This document shows, one piece after another, positions 10,447 through 22,399 of a stretch of DNA of 64,000 bases. A model generated the notes under the pieces. The model was not told the origin of the DNA, ran no database searches, and saw only the letters and a list, made by a program, of their open reading frames with translations. A program made the position numbers and the translations under genes. The stretch spans positions 69,366 to 133,365 of the forward strand of contig JAIYDZ010000006.1 in NCBI GenBank assembly GCA_027487215.1, written 5' to 3'. This DNA comes from Pseudomonadota bacterium. GTDB lineage: Bacteria > Babelota > Babeliae > Babelales > CAIQNR01. The first letter of the stretch is position 1; each line of letters opens with the position of its first letter.

Positions 10447-11040
10447 TTAACGTTTAACAAATTGGAATTTACGACGAGCACCACTTTGACCTGGCTTCTT
10501 ACGTTCTTTCAAACGTGAATCCACTGTCAAAAGACCATGCTCTTTCAGTGTTGGCTTAAGTCTTGCATCTTCTTTAAGAAGTGCACGAGCTACACCAAGC
10601 TTGACTGCGTCAGCTTGTGAGCAAAGACCACCACCCACTACATTAACTTTTACTGTGTAAGAATCTTGCAACTGGCAAAGCGCCAATGGCATTACTGCAG
10701 CAATGCGTGTTTCGTTTGTTGGAAAGTAATCTTGTAAAGATCTTCCGTTCACAACAACATCACCCTTACCTCTTTTGAGCCATACGCGCGCTACAGAAGA
10801 TTTACGGCGACCAACACCATTAGTTTGTGTTGCAACAATCTTAACACCTTTTTTTACTACAGAAGCAGTTTTTTCAACGCCTGCTTTGTCAGATGACATG
10901 CTTTTAGAAGTCGTTACGACTTTCTTTGTAGACACTGAGTTTTCAATAGCTCCCTCTGCAGCTTCAATTTTTTTAACTGAAACTTTTTTTACTGCAGCTT
11001 TAGGAGCGACTTTTTTTGCGCTTGTTTTGGCCTTGACCAT
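10447..11040 (-). CDS. rpsI: 30S ribosomal protein S9 with N-terminal Lys/Ala/Val-rich extension
   Basis: 197 aa. The C-terminal ~130 aa are canonical uS9 (GVGRRKSSVARVWLKRGKGDVVVNGRS ... ERKKPGQSGARRKFQFVKR). They are preceded by ~65 aa of low-complexity K/A/V/S sequence. Confidence 0.9.
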   Translation of the reverse strand: MVKAKTSAKKVAPKAAVKKVSVKKIEAAEGAIENSVSTKKVVTTSKSMSSDKAGVEKTASVVKKGVKIVATQTNGVGRRKSSVARVWLKRGKGDVVVNGRSLQDYFPTNETRIAAVMPLALCQLQDSYTVKVNVVGGGLCSQADAVKLGVARALLKEDARLKPTLKEHGLLTVDSRLKERKKPGQSGARRKFQFVKR

Positions 11041-11160
11041 ACGATTTTAATCCGTGATTTTTAAGGTTAACTCAAATCGGCTATGTGCTAGATAACCTTA
11101 TCACAACACCTTGATTTGTCAATGACAACCCATCAATAACTCTTTTGCAAGGCTTTACAT

Positions 11161-11233
<73 letters not shown>

Positions 11234-11302
11234 ACCTACTAAGAATTTTATGCTCAAAAGGTACCGGTTTTGTCTGCAAGAGTCAAAGGATATTCCCCTT
11301 AA

Positions 11303-11668
11303 CTACAGGCCAAAACCTCCTGACTGAGCGTCTTCAAATACCTCTTGGCAGAGTACACAACGAAAAGCATTGGGATATGATTCTAATCTTTTTTGAGCAA
11401 TAGGTTGCTGACAATCAAGACAGTTACCATACTCGCCTTTTTTCATTTGCTCAAGTGCGCTTACTATCAATTTATATTCTTCTAACTCGTTATCTTGAAA
11501 GGTGTTTTTGAGATTTTCAAGAACAGCAGATATTGTTTGATCACCTGGATCTTGTACCTGTCCATCATCATTTTTCTCATGATAGAGTCTAAACAACTCA
11601 CCTTCAAGCTGTACTTTGCGATCGATTAAAATTGATTCAATCTTCTCTAGATCCTTTTTTGACCTCAC
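11303..11668 (-). CDS. DksA/TraR-family C4 zinc-finger protein
   Basis: 121 aa. Coiled-coil N-part and CLDC-x17-CVLC (CxxC-x17-CxxC) zinc finger. GTG start overlapping the tadA 3' end. Confidence 0.75.
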   Translation of the reverse strand: MRSKKDLEKIESILIDRKVQLEGELFRLYHEKNDDGQVQDPGDQTISAVLENLKNTFQDNELEEYKLIVSALEQMKKGEYGNCLDCQQPIAQKRLESYPNAFRCVLCQEVFEDAQSGGFGL

Positions 11669-12122
11669 CGTTTTCCCTTTTTTTCTGAAAAAAACGCTTC
11701 AATAACTCTTGGCATTCCTGCTTCCTGACCCCTTGTACGGTCAAAAGAGCGTCTAAGTTATATACAGAAATAAAGTTATCCTTGTCAAGGTGAAATCCAA
11801 AAAGAGGAGATTCGGCTCCAAATACTATTTTTTTGACTCTACTTAAACGGAGTGCGTGATAGCACATTGAACAGGGCTCAAGCGTTACATACACTGTACA
11901 ACCTTCAAGACGCCAGTTGCCATGGGCATGTGTTGCCTCACGCAAAGCTTTAAGTTCTGCATGCGCAAGTTGACACCCTTCTGACTCTACACAATTAAAA
12001 CCTGATCCAATAACTTTTCCGTCAGCATTAACAATCAGTGTGCCGATGGGTACTTCGTCAGCATCAAATGCAGCACGCGCTAACTCAAGCGCTTGATCCA
12101 TATACTGTTCATCTAGATACAT
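11637..12122 (-). CDS. tadA: tRNA adenosine(34) deaminase
   Basis: Deaminase motifs HAELKALREA (HAE) and LEPCSMC (PCxxC). The ORF track extends to a TTG at 12179. I prefer ATG 12122 (MYLDEQYMDQALELA), which has an AAAGGA upstream. Confidence 0.85.
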   Translation of the reverse strand: MYLDEQYMDQALELARAAFDADEVPIGTLIVNADGKVIGSGFNCVESEGCQLAHAELKALREATHAHGNWRLEGCTVYVTLEPCSMCYHALRLSRVKKIVFGAESPLFGFHLDKDNFISVYNLDALLTVQGVRKQECQELLKRFFQKKRENGEVKKGSRED

Positions 12123-12277
12123 CGTTTGATGTCCTTTGGTTGCGGTTATCTTTAAATAGAGAGAAAAAATCTTGCCCAAAAGGAGGGTTTTCTGGAAAAA
12201 TTTCTATTCTGCGTTAGACTTTAAGTCTAGCGTACATTGGTTCTAAAACCAAACAGGCGCGGTACTAAAGATGGTAA

Positions 12278-14703
<2,426 letters not shown>

Positions 14704-14704
<1 letters not shown>

Positions 14705-14946
14705 TGAAAAGAACTCTTTTAGTACTCTTTATATGCGCAAGCTCTCTAAATGCATCTGAACAACTGGTAGAAAAGATTATCAATAGAACTGGTAAAACGA
14801 TCAGTTTTTCTGTTGATAATCGCAATTATGAGATAAAACCTGGCGGTGAGGTTATTGTGGCAACAACTCGCGTCAGAGCTGCACAAGCTCTTGAAGGAAA
14901 ACTTCCTTTAAGGAGCAGAATAGTAGAGTACATAAGGAAAAAATAA
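14704..14946 (+). CDS. small secreted hypothetical protein
   Basis: 80 aa. Signal peptide MKRTLLVLFICASSLNASE. The ATG overlaps the gyrB stop (TAATG). A terminator follows. Confidence 0.5.
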
Positions 14947-14980
14947 AATTTAATTCTTTAAATTTATATAAATAAAAAAA

Positions 14981-15013
14981 GGTGTGTTGCATAAAAAGCA
15001 GTACACCTTTTTT
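14981..15013 (+). terminator. rho-independent terminator after gyrB/small ORF
   Basis: 10-bp stem GGTGTGTTGC / GCAGTACACC (two G.U pairs), 7-nt loop, then TTTTTT (15008-15013). It lies inside the GTG-extended tilS ORF, which argues for the downstream ATG. Confidence 0.65.
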
Positions 15014-15028
15014 AGTAATAATAAAACT

Positions 15029-15961
15029 ATGAATAAAAGCCTTTTTAGCACTCATAAAAAACTTATTATCGGCCTGTCAGGCGGACCTGATTCAGTGTAT
15101 TTACTGCATCAGTTAGTACGAGTGCGCGAGCAGCTTGGACTGACGCTCACAGCAGTGCATCTTAATCATGAATGGCGCTCTGATGCACACAAAGATGTGG
15201 AACTCTCTAATCAACTGTGCGAGCCGCTAAAAGTACCTTTAATTGTCAAAAAGGTTTCTGAACTTAACTACACACCGCCCAAAACCGGTTCACGTGAAGA
15301 TGAGGGACGAAATTTAAGAAGGCATGTTTTTGAAACTACGCTACGTGAACTGAGCGCTGATTCTATTGTGCTCGCTCATCATGCCGATGATCAACAGGAA
15401 ACATTTTTTATTCGTATGATTCGTGGTACAACGCTTACCGGTCTGTGTGCTATGAAAGAAATTGATGGTCTTTATATCCGTCCATTACTGCATATCCCAA
15501 AATCTGAAATTTTAGAGTATTTAAACAGCAACGGTATTTCTTATATAACCGACAGTTCAAACAGTTCAGATGAGTATTTGCGCAATAGAATCAGAAATAG
15601 TCTGATTCCTACACTGCAAAAATGCGACCCGCGAGCAGAACGTAATCTTTCAAACCTGATTGACTCTTTACAAAACACAGAAGAATTTTTACGTACAATA
15701 ACTGAGACAACGTATCTATCAGTCACCGCTCACAATGGCCTTGATACTCAGCAATTTTGCCCATTACATCCCGTTTTACAAAAACGAGTCCTGACCCACT
15801 GGCTCATTACAAACGCGCCGGCATTTACGTTAACGGAAAAGTTTTTAGATGAAATTATACGATTTTTGATAAGCCCGCGTGGCGGCAGTCACCAACTAGG
15901 TACCAACTGGAAAATTACTAAAAAACAGCACAAAGCTGAAATAATTCTTAAGTCCCTTTAA
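15029..15961 (+). CDS. tilS: tRNA(Ile)-lysidine synthase
   Basis: PP-loop LIIGLSGGPDSVYLLH near the N-terminus when started at ATG 15029 (MNKSLFSTHKK). The ORF-track GTG 14984 would read through the terminator hairpin. Confidence 0.85.
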   Translation: MNKSLFSTHKKLIIGLSGGPDSVYLLHQLVRVREQLGLTLTAVHLNHEWRSDAHKDVELSNQLCEPLKVPLIVKKVSELNYTPPKTGSREDEGRNLRRHVFETTLRELSADSIVLAHHADDQQETFFIRMIRGTTLTGLCAMKEIDGLYIRPLLHIPKSEILEYLNSNGISYITDSSNSSDEYLRNRIRNSLIPTLQKCDPRAERNLSNLIDSLQNTEEFLRTITETTYLSVTAHNGLDTQQFCPLHPVLQKRVLTHWLITNAPAFTLTEKFLDEIIRFLISPRGGSHQLGTNWKITKKQHKAEIILKSL

Positions 15962-15965
15962 TGGC

Positions 15966-16619
15966 TTATTTCTTCCAAAGATAATAAGTGCCAAGAGTAA
16001 GTCCTGCAATGCTCACCATAGTTTTGGGATAACATTGAATAATATTGCCTTTATAAGGTGCATCTGATGAAACAGAAAAATTCTTCGAATAATAAATTAC
16101 CGGTTGAGTAAGTGCTTGCTCTAGACTTACCGTACAACTAAACCCCTGCTTTTCATAAAACCTACACGCATTTTCATTACTTGGTTTTACGCAGAGTTTT
16201 GCAAAATGGGCATTCTGTTCTTGAGCATAACGTAATGCTTGAGTAAAAAGTGCAGTCCCTACGTTGTGACCTTGGAACTTTTTAGCGACGGCAATACACT
16301 CAATTGATGCGCCTGTTGCCATATAAAAACTTAAAAATTTAACATCCTTTATGTTCATAAAAACAAAACCGATTGAGTTCTTAGTACTATCATCACGCGC
16401 TACAAATACTTTTCCTTGTCCCGCATTTACACTTTCCATTAAATCGTGCGCTGAGTAGGATTGGGCAAAAATTAGCTCCGCATTTTCTTCAGCTATAGAT
16501 TGAATGGTCTGAGTATCTTGCGTAGCGCAATAAGGCTCTATTTTAAAGGAAAAAGACTCTGCACTAAAAACAAATGTGTGAGTAATACCCCACAAAAATA
16601 AAACTATTAAACGGTTCAT
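15966..16619 (-). CDS. GNAT-family N-acetyltransferase with signal peptide and C-terminal TM anchor
   Basis: GNAT core IAVAKKFQGHNVGTALFTQAL...ACRFYEKQGF (Q/RxxGxG/A motif). Start at ATG 16619 gives signal-like MNRLIVLFLWGITHTFVFSAES. C-terminus is GNIIQCYPKT + hydrophobic helix + KK. Confidence 0.75.
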   Translation of the reverse strand: MNRLIVLFLWGITHTFVFSAESFSFKIEPYCATQDTQTIQSIAEENAELIFAQSYSAHDLMESVNAGQGKVFVARDDSTKNSIGFVFMNIKDVKFLSFYMATGASIECIAVAKKFQGHNVGTALFTQALRYAQEQNAHFAKLCVKPSNENACRFYEKQGFSCTVSLEQALTQPVIYYSKNFSVSSDAPYKGNIIQCYPKTMVSIAGLTLGTYYLWKK

Positions 16620-16760
16620 AACCTTATAACCCCCCAAAAAAACTGCAATTTCTTATCTAATAAGGTTACATGTTTTTCTAACCCGTTCAACAGCCCCCAC
16701 TAAGCCTAGTGGACTCAAAAAGCTCTTTAAGGTAATAATTTTCAATTGTTTTTATACTAG

Positions 16761-17447
16761 TTATGACTTAAATCCGTAATAGGCAGCTACAGCTACACTC
16801 ACAAGTGCTAGACTAGTTTTAGGATTACGCTGAATAATGTTTCCTTGAGGAAGCTTATTGGCAGGAGTATTAGTTTCTTTTCTATACTGCAATTGAAACG
16901 GATATCCAACCTTATCTAATAACTGCTTAACTGTAAGCAATGATCGCTCATCCTTAACTACTGCCTCATAGAGATTTTTAAAACCACATTTTTCATATAA
17001 TGCACGCGCATCATCATTATCAACGTTAACAAATAATGATATGTATTGAGCTTTTTGAGTTTCTAAATCTTTACAAGCACTCTCTAACAGAGTTCTACCA
17101 ATTCCTTTTTTTTGATAGCCTGCAGCTACTCCTAGCAGATGAATTATTCCTGGACGTGCAATATGAAAGGTTAAAAAAGACACATTACTGACTGTATAGT
17201 TTACAAATCCAACTGTCTTATCATTCATACGGGCCACTGTAGTTATATATTTTTTAGATTCTATATATTTTTTTGTAGTGCCTTCAGGAAAGCTTAAAGA
17301 TTCATATGCTAGATACGATGCATTATCTTTAATTATTTCCTCAACTGCTGGCCAATCTCTTGAAGCATCATGTTTTTCAAAAGTAGCCTGGCTACCGACT
17401 AAAGAAAAACTTATAAGGAAAGTAAAAACAAAACCAACTATTTTCAT
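16761..17447 (-). CDS. GNAT-family N-acetyltransferase with signal peptide and C-terminal TM anchor (paralog)
   Basis: 228 aa. Signal MKIVGFVFTFLISFSLVGSQA. GNAT core LGVAAGYQKKGIGRTLLESA...ARALYEKCGF. C-terminus is GNIIQRNPKT + hydrophobic helix + K. Confidence 0.75.
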   Translation of the reverse strand: MKIVGFVFTFLISFSLVGSQATFEKHDASRDWPAVEEIIKDNASYLAYESLSFPEGTTKKYIESKKYITTVARMNDKTVGFVNYTVSNVSFLTFHIARPGIIHLLGVAAGYQKKGIGRTLLESACKDLETQKAQYISLFVNVDNDDARALYEKCGFKNLYEAVVKDERSLLTVKQLLDKVGYPFQLQYRKETNTPANKLPQGNIIQRNPKTSLALVSVAVAAYYGFKS

Positions 17448-17552
17448 AAAAAGACCTTGAAGATTAATAAAAAACGATTTTGACGCGAACAGTGGGAACT
17501 ATAAAAATTTTAAGAAAAATGACTATGATTATTTAATTTTTAAAAAATTATA

Positions 17553-18062
17553 TTAAATCCGCTTAAAATCAATAAGTTTAGGACTACTGACCGATATAAT
17601 ACAAACGCTTTTGCACTCTACCAGCTTGGCACAAGCCGTTACATATCCATAAGCTATTCCCGTTGTAAGCGAACCAAAAAAAACATCTCTTTCAATAAAA
17701 GATTTGGTTGGATTCATAATAAGTTCTTGAGCTGCAAGCAATCCTGCATGCGCAAAAAACTTACCTGACTCTTTTTCTTTTAAATTTTCAAGATTCTGGG
17801 TGCTTTTTAAAAAAATTCTAAAAGGGAATACACCAAAACGACTATTTAAAGGAGGTTCAATTTCATAGTGATATACCTCTTGTGACACCTGTTCTTTTAA
17901 AGACTCTTGATCCATTTGCTTTTGAGGACAATATGATAATTTAAAAAATTCTGAAAGTTCTCCATTATCACCTTCTTCTTGTATCTGATGAAACTCACTG
18001 GCACAACAGGGAGTAAAAAAAAACAGTATAATGCTAACGAGCAATAAAAGTCTATTCATCAT
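17553..18062 (-). CDS. hypothetical secreted protein (tandem pair, copy 1)
   Basis: 169 aa. Signal MMNRLLLLVSIILFFFTPCCAS. Shares the block FPF(R/Q)I(F/Y)L...F(F/G)..A(G/Y)(L/A).A with the next ORF. Confidence 0.55.
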   Translation of the reverse strand: MMNRLLLLVSIILFFFTPCCASEFHQIQEEGDNGELSEFFKLSYCPQKQMDQESLKEQVSQEVYHYEIEPPLNSRFGVFPFRIFLKSTQNLENLKEKESGKFFAHAGLLAAQELIMNPTKSFIERDVFFGSLTTGIAYGYVTACAKLVECKSVCIISVSSPKLIDFKRI

Positions 18063-18085
18063 CGTTTGTTTTTTTGCATGATCAC

Positions 18086-18571
18086 TTAACCTTCGTGCGC
18101 AGCATCAAACAGTGGTTTTCCTAATTTGACTATACAATGTTTTTTATCAGCAGATGATCGAGCATCAACTTTCATACTCCCACTCAGATCAGGCATCTCA
18201 GGCACAGCAAATCTAACCGTTTCTATTACCTTACCAGAAGAAGAATCTCTGAGTGCGTCAGCCCCTGCATAGACAGCCCAATAGCCAAATTTTTGCATTT
18301 CTTGTGTAGCTTTAAAAAAATTCGGCGCATGAAGATAAATTTGAAAAGGAAAGGTCTCAGAATAAATTGATGTATGTCCCTGTGGAATTTCTTCAGATAC
18401 CCTCTCTGTTTTTTCTGCCGGCTCTTGTAGATGACTAGTGGTTTGGACACAAAAACAGCTTCCACTGAAAAATAATATACTTAAAAAACACAAAACTAGT
18501 TTCACTTGCCAGTCCACTTTCTTTATTAAAAATTTCCTTGATCTTCTGCCGAATTTGTCAACACAGTACAT
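18086..18571 (-). CDS. hypothetical secreted protein (tandem pair, copy 2)
   Basis: The ORF track runs to 18625 and would overlap the divergent gene. ATG 18571 (MYCVDKFGRRSRKFLIKK...KLVLCFLSILFFSGSCFC) is more plausible. Alignable with copy 1: TFPFQIYLHAPNFFKATQEMQKFGYWAVYAGADAL versus VFPFRIFLKSTQNLENLKEKESGKFFAHAGLLAAQEL. Confidence 0.5.
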   Translation of the reverse strand: MYCVDKFGRRSRKFLIKKVDWQVKLVLCFLSILFFSGSCFCVQTTSHLQEPAEKTERVSEEIPQGHTSIYSETFPFQIYLHAPNFFKATQEMQKFGYWAVYAGADALRDSSSGKVIETVRFAVPEMPDLSGSMKVDARSSADKKHCIVKLGKPLFDAAHEG

Positions 18572-18607
18572 TACATAGTATCTTATATCATTATAAGAGG
18601 AAACAAG

Positions 18608-19618
18608 GTGAAGCACATATCTCAAAATCAGGTATCTAGCGTCTCTTTTGCACTATCAACATTCCTTCATATCACTGTCATGGTGATGATATTTCTCTCA
18701 CTCGTTCCACTTAAAAATGTACAGAAATTTTTAGAAAAAAAAGCTCCTCAAAATCTGGTACCTGGAGCGGCCCAAGCTCCCACTATTTCAGCTCCCGTCA
18801 TTCTTTATTCAGGGCCTATCGACACACCACACACTGCACCTCTTATTCAAGCACCACAAAACACTGCGTCTGCCTCACAGCAACAATCCCGATCAACATC
18901 TCAAACACAGCCACTCAAAAAAGAAACTGTTACGCCCCAACCAGAATCGGCTAAACCTGATCAAGAAAGCGATACTAAAAATAACTCCCAATCATCTTCT
19001 GGATCACTTGCGCATGCACTTGCGCAGGATATAAAAAAGGCACATGAAAAAATCAGTACAAAAAAAGCAGATGCTCCAACCATCTTGAGTGAACCGAAAA
19101 AAATAGCAGACGCATTTTCACTTCCTGATAAACCTTTTTCAACCACTCATAAACAGTCAAAAAGTTCTTCAAGCTCAGACAAAAATGACTCTGTACGAAA
19201 ACGCTCTCTCACACTTGCTGATTTATTTAAAAATATGCCGCACACGCTTGATCAACTGAGCAAAGAAACAGCCTCATCAAAAGATGGAAAAGAACTGGTC
19301 GTCGTGCAAGGAGACATGAAATATTATAGTTTCTTAAAAGAGTTTTTAACTCACATTAATCAGGTATTTGCATTTCATGGCGGCCCTCAAAAAATGGATA
19401 ATTGGGCACGTGCAGGACTGCTTAAACACCAGGCAGGACTGAGTGTTACCATTAACAAACAAGGGAAAGTAATTGGCACACAGATGCTTAATTCATCAGG
19501 TCACACCGCTGCAGACACATTACTTCTTGAAGCAATTAATCTTGCATCACCCTTTGCCCCTGTCCCTCATCACTTTGGTCATGAAACAGTCCGTGTTGAG
19601 CTGATCAGCGTCATATAG
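18608..19618 (+). CDS. TonB/TolA-like membrane protein (N-terminal TM, Pro/Gln/Ser-rich linker, TonB-C-like domain)
   Basis: 336 aa. GTG start after AAGAGGA. TM FALSTFLHITVMVMIFLSLV, then a P/Q/S/T-rich spacer. The C-terminal ~90 aa resemble TonB_C (AGLSVTINKQGKVIGTQMLNSSGHTAADTLLLEAINLASPFAPVP). No exbBD is adjacent. Confidence 0.5.
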   Translation: MKHISQNQVSSVSFALSTFLHITVMVMIFLSLVPLKNVQKFLEKKAPQNLVPGAAQAPTISAPVILYSGPIDTPHTAPLIQAPQNTASASQQQSRSTSQTQPLKKETVTPQPESAKPDQESDTKNNSQSSSGSLAHALAQDIKKAHEKISTKKADAPTILSEPKKIADAFSLPDKPFSTTHKQSKSSSSSDKNDSVRKRSLTLADLFKNMPHTLDQLSKETASSKDGKELVVVQGDMKYYSFLKEFLTHINQVFAFHGGPQKMDNWARAGLLKHQAGLSVTINKQGKVIGTQMLNSSGHTAADTLLLEAINLASPFAPVPHHFGHETVRVELISVI

Positions 19619-19696
19619 AGCTCCGTTATATTTTAAAATAAAGACTCTAGACTCAAAGACATAAGGATGGTTACTGTTTCTTAAAAAAGGAACTGT

Positions 19697-20275
19697 ATGA
19701 ACATCAAACTTTTGACTGCATTACTTTTAGGACTTAACGTCTTGCCCACTTTTGGACGAACACAGCGACTCCCTTGCGATTTACGTATTAATCAGCAATG
19801 GGTTGATCTTGATCCTCAACATACCAAACGATTTGGCCAAAAAATGGTACTAGTGGGAGAGTTAATCTTTCGCAAACGTAGCAACGAACTTATTTCAGTG
19901 GGTGAAATTGGATTAATGTGGAAAGGAAAAAAGATCGGCCATCTTAATGCATCGCTCTTTAAAAAAGGTGCTCACAAAACATTAGTTCCTGTTGAAGAGT
20001 CACTTGTATGTGATGGAACATGGAATAACAAAAAACAAACACTCATTATGAAATTTAATGAAAAAGAATATCTTGAACCAACCACTACTTTTTGCTTGGT
20101 GCTTACTATTCCTGATACGCTAGAGACTACCTTAAAAGACGGTCATTTTGATATTATTACCGAGACACTTCCTTATCAAATACAAAAAACGCTCAAAAAG
20201 AAACATACCCGCATTTCATTTGCACAGGCCAATGTAAAAGCACAACGGCTTAACAAACTTACACGAAACAGCTAA
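19697..20275 (+). CDS. hypothetical secreted protein
   Basis: 192 aa. Signal MNIKLLTALLLGLNVLPTFG. No recognisable motif. Confidence 0.55.
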   Translation: MNIKLLTALLLGLNVLPTFGRTQRLPCDLRINQQWVDLDPQHTKRFGQKMVLVGELIFRKRSNELISVGEIGLMWKGKKIGHLNASLFKKGAHKTLVPVEESLVCDGTWNNKKQTLIMKFNEKEYLEPTTTFCLVLTIPDTLETTLKDGHFDIITETLPYQIQKTLKKKHTRISFAQANVKAQRLNKLTRNS

Positions 20276-20278
20276 TTA

Positions 20279-20320
20279 ATAAGGGGGTAAGTGGCCTAAG
20301 TGCACCTACCCCCTTATTTA
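20279..20320 (+). terminator. hairpin terminator after ORF 19697-20275
   Basis: 11-bp stem ATAAGGGGGTA (20279-20289) / TACCCCCTTAT (20307-20317) followed by TT and an A-run. The U-tract is short (TTATTT), so efficiency is uncertain. Confidence 0.55.
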
Positions 20321-20424
20321 AAAAAAAGTTCGCTCCTGCTCTACCTTCTACTCATTTTTTCGGGTATACTAACGCACGTATACTACCAAAAATAAGACGT
20401 TTATCGACCATATAAAGAGTAAAT

Positions 20425-21573
20425 ATGCCAAAACGAGATTTTTACGAGATACTTGGAGTATCTAAAGACGCTTCAAAAGACGATATCAAAAAAGCTTACC
20501 GCAAACTTGCTATGCAGTACCATCCAGACAGAAACCCTGGAAATAAGCCTGCAGAAGAAAAATTTAAAGAAGCGGCTGAAGCGTATGAGATACTTTCTGA
20601 TGATCAAAAGCGTCAACAGTATAATCAGTTTGGGCATGAGGGCATGCAAAACACTGGTGGCGGCGCCGGACAAAATATGAACATGGATGATATTTTCTCC
20701 GCGTTTGGGCACATGTTTGGCGGAGGCGATTTTGGTGATGTAAACGATATTTTTGGCGGTAAATCTCGTCGTCGATCAGCTGGTAAACCTCAACCTCAAC
20801 AGGGCCAAGACGTTCACAAAGAAGTGACTATTTCCCTCAAAGATGCATTTTTAGGCGCCAAAGAAAGCGTTGGATATTATCACTTCTTTGAATGTACAGG
20901 GTGTAATAAAACCGGCTGCCAAGCAGGAACCTCAACACAAATATGTAATCACTGTAAAGGTTCTGGACACACTCAGGTGCGCCAAGGGTTTTTTGCAATG
21001 GCACAAACCTGTTCACAATGCGCAGGCCATGGATTTACCATCCCCTCGCCGTGTAAAGAATGTCGTGGCCAATCTCGCGTACAAAAATATGATAAATTTT
21101 CAATCAATATTCCTGCCGGTATTTTTAATGATGCTGAACTGCGTATCCCTGGAAAAGGTGATGCGGGGCTTTTTGGTGGACCTTCAGGAAACCTCTATCT
21201 TAACATTCGTATTTTAGCCGATAAAAACTTCAAGCGAGTTGAAGATGATTTATTATGCACAGTCATGCTTACCTATCCACAACTTGTTTTAGGTAGTCAG
21301 ATCGATATTGAAAGTATTGATGGCACACTCGAACCGATTAAAATACCTAAAGGCTGCGCTGTTGGCGAAAAGATTGTTATACCTGGAAAAGGGTTTCACA
21401 AACTTCGCAATAAAACACGTGGTAACCTCGTCATTATTGCTCAATGTCATATTCCTAAAAAAATAAGCGCTGAAGCTAAAAAAGCCCTCACTGACTATTC
21501 TGACCAGATTGGCACAGAACCAAAAGACAGTGAAGGCTCTTTGTTTGGGTTCTTTAAAAAGTTTTTGGGTTGA
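20425..21573 (+). CDS. dnaJ: molecular chaperone DnaJ
   Basis: 382 aa. J-domain [37 protein letters not shown]-rich linker, and four CxxC(x)G(x)G-type zinc motifs ([32 protein letters not shown]). Confidence 0.95.
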   Translation: MPKRDFYEILGVSKDASKDDIKKAYRKLAMQYHPDRNPGNKPAEEKFKEAAEAYEILSDDQKRQQYNQFGHEGMQNTGGGAGQNMNMDDIFSAFGHMFGGGDFGDVNDIFGGKSRRRSAGKPQPQQGQDVHKEVTISLKDAFLGAKESVGYYHFFECTGCNKTGCQAGTSTQICNHCKGSGHTQVRQGFFAMAQTCSQCAGHGFTIPSPCKECRGQSRVQKYDKFSINIPAGIFNDAELRIPGKGDAGLFGGPSGNLYLNIRILADKNFKRVEDDLLCTVMLTYPQLVLGSQIDIESIDGTLEPIKIPKGCAVGEKIVIPGKGFHKLRNKTRGNLVIIAQCHIPKKISAEAKKALTDYSDQIGTEPKDSEGSLFGFFKKFLG

Positions 21574-21574
21574 C

Positions 21575-22129
21575 TTACAAATCAGTTTCGTAACGTTTTC
21601 TCTCTTCTTCTGATTCTTCTTTAATTGAAGAAAATTGAGTAGGCGATGACGTAGAAGACGATAAGTCTGCTGGAGAAAAAGTATCTCGAGTTAAACCGTC
21701 TTCTGCACTTCTTACTCTTTGAAGTGGACGAGGACTACCTGGACGGCTCATAAGGACCATGTGAGGTCGATTTGTTTGGAATATTTGGCTAGAAAGAAAC
21801 TGTTGAGCTCTTTCTTCTTCCTGCACCTGTTCTGCCAACTCCATACGATTTTGTACCGTTGCAAGTTCAGCACAAAATTTCCACCGTGGTATCTCTAATT
21901 TTTTTAATAATCGAGCAACACGGACAGCAAGATCTGTTGTTTTTTTATCAATTTCAATTTTTTCACGCTCACTTTCTTTAGTTGGTACTTTCAAAAGATG
22001 CTCTTCATCTATTTGTCTCTCAGATATTTCAACCAAAGACGCTTGACTTTCTGCCAACCCATCTTGAGATGCCTGAACCATTATTTGAAAACTACACAGT
22101 GCTAAAAAAAGATAATGATACCTGCGCAT
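21575..22129 (-). CDS. hypothetical secreted, acidic/coiled-coil protein
   Basis: 184 aa. Signal MRRYHYLFLALCSFQIMVQAS. E/R/K-rich helical middle and S/T/P-rich tail. The stop lies 1 nt from the dnaJ stop. Confidence 0.5.
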   Translation of the reverse strand: MRRYHYLFLALCSFQIMVQASQDGLAESQASLVEISERQIDEEHLLKVPTKESEREKIEIDKKTTDLAVRVARLLKKLEIPRWKFCAELATVQNRMELAEQVQEEERAQQFLSSQIFQTNRPHMVLMSRPGSPRPLQRVRSAEDGLTRDTFSPADLSSSTSSPTQFSSIKEESEEERKRYETDL

Positions 22130-22399
22130 TATTGTTCCTCCATTTATGAATATTTTATTTGTAAGGATAAGTACTTTACCCGATCAAATGCAACAACTCA
22201 AGAGAAATAAGCTTATTTTGAAAGTATCTATTGATTAAGAGCCAACTGCCACTCACTTTAATCTAACCATCGAAACTATTAAATAATTAATTTATTTCTG
22301 TTTCCTGAATCGCTCTAAGAGTGTGGCCTGATATCAGATTTTTTTAAATGCAATGTTAAACAGGAAGAAAAAAGATAAAAAATTATAGCTAAAAAATAG

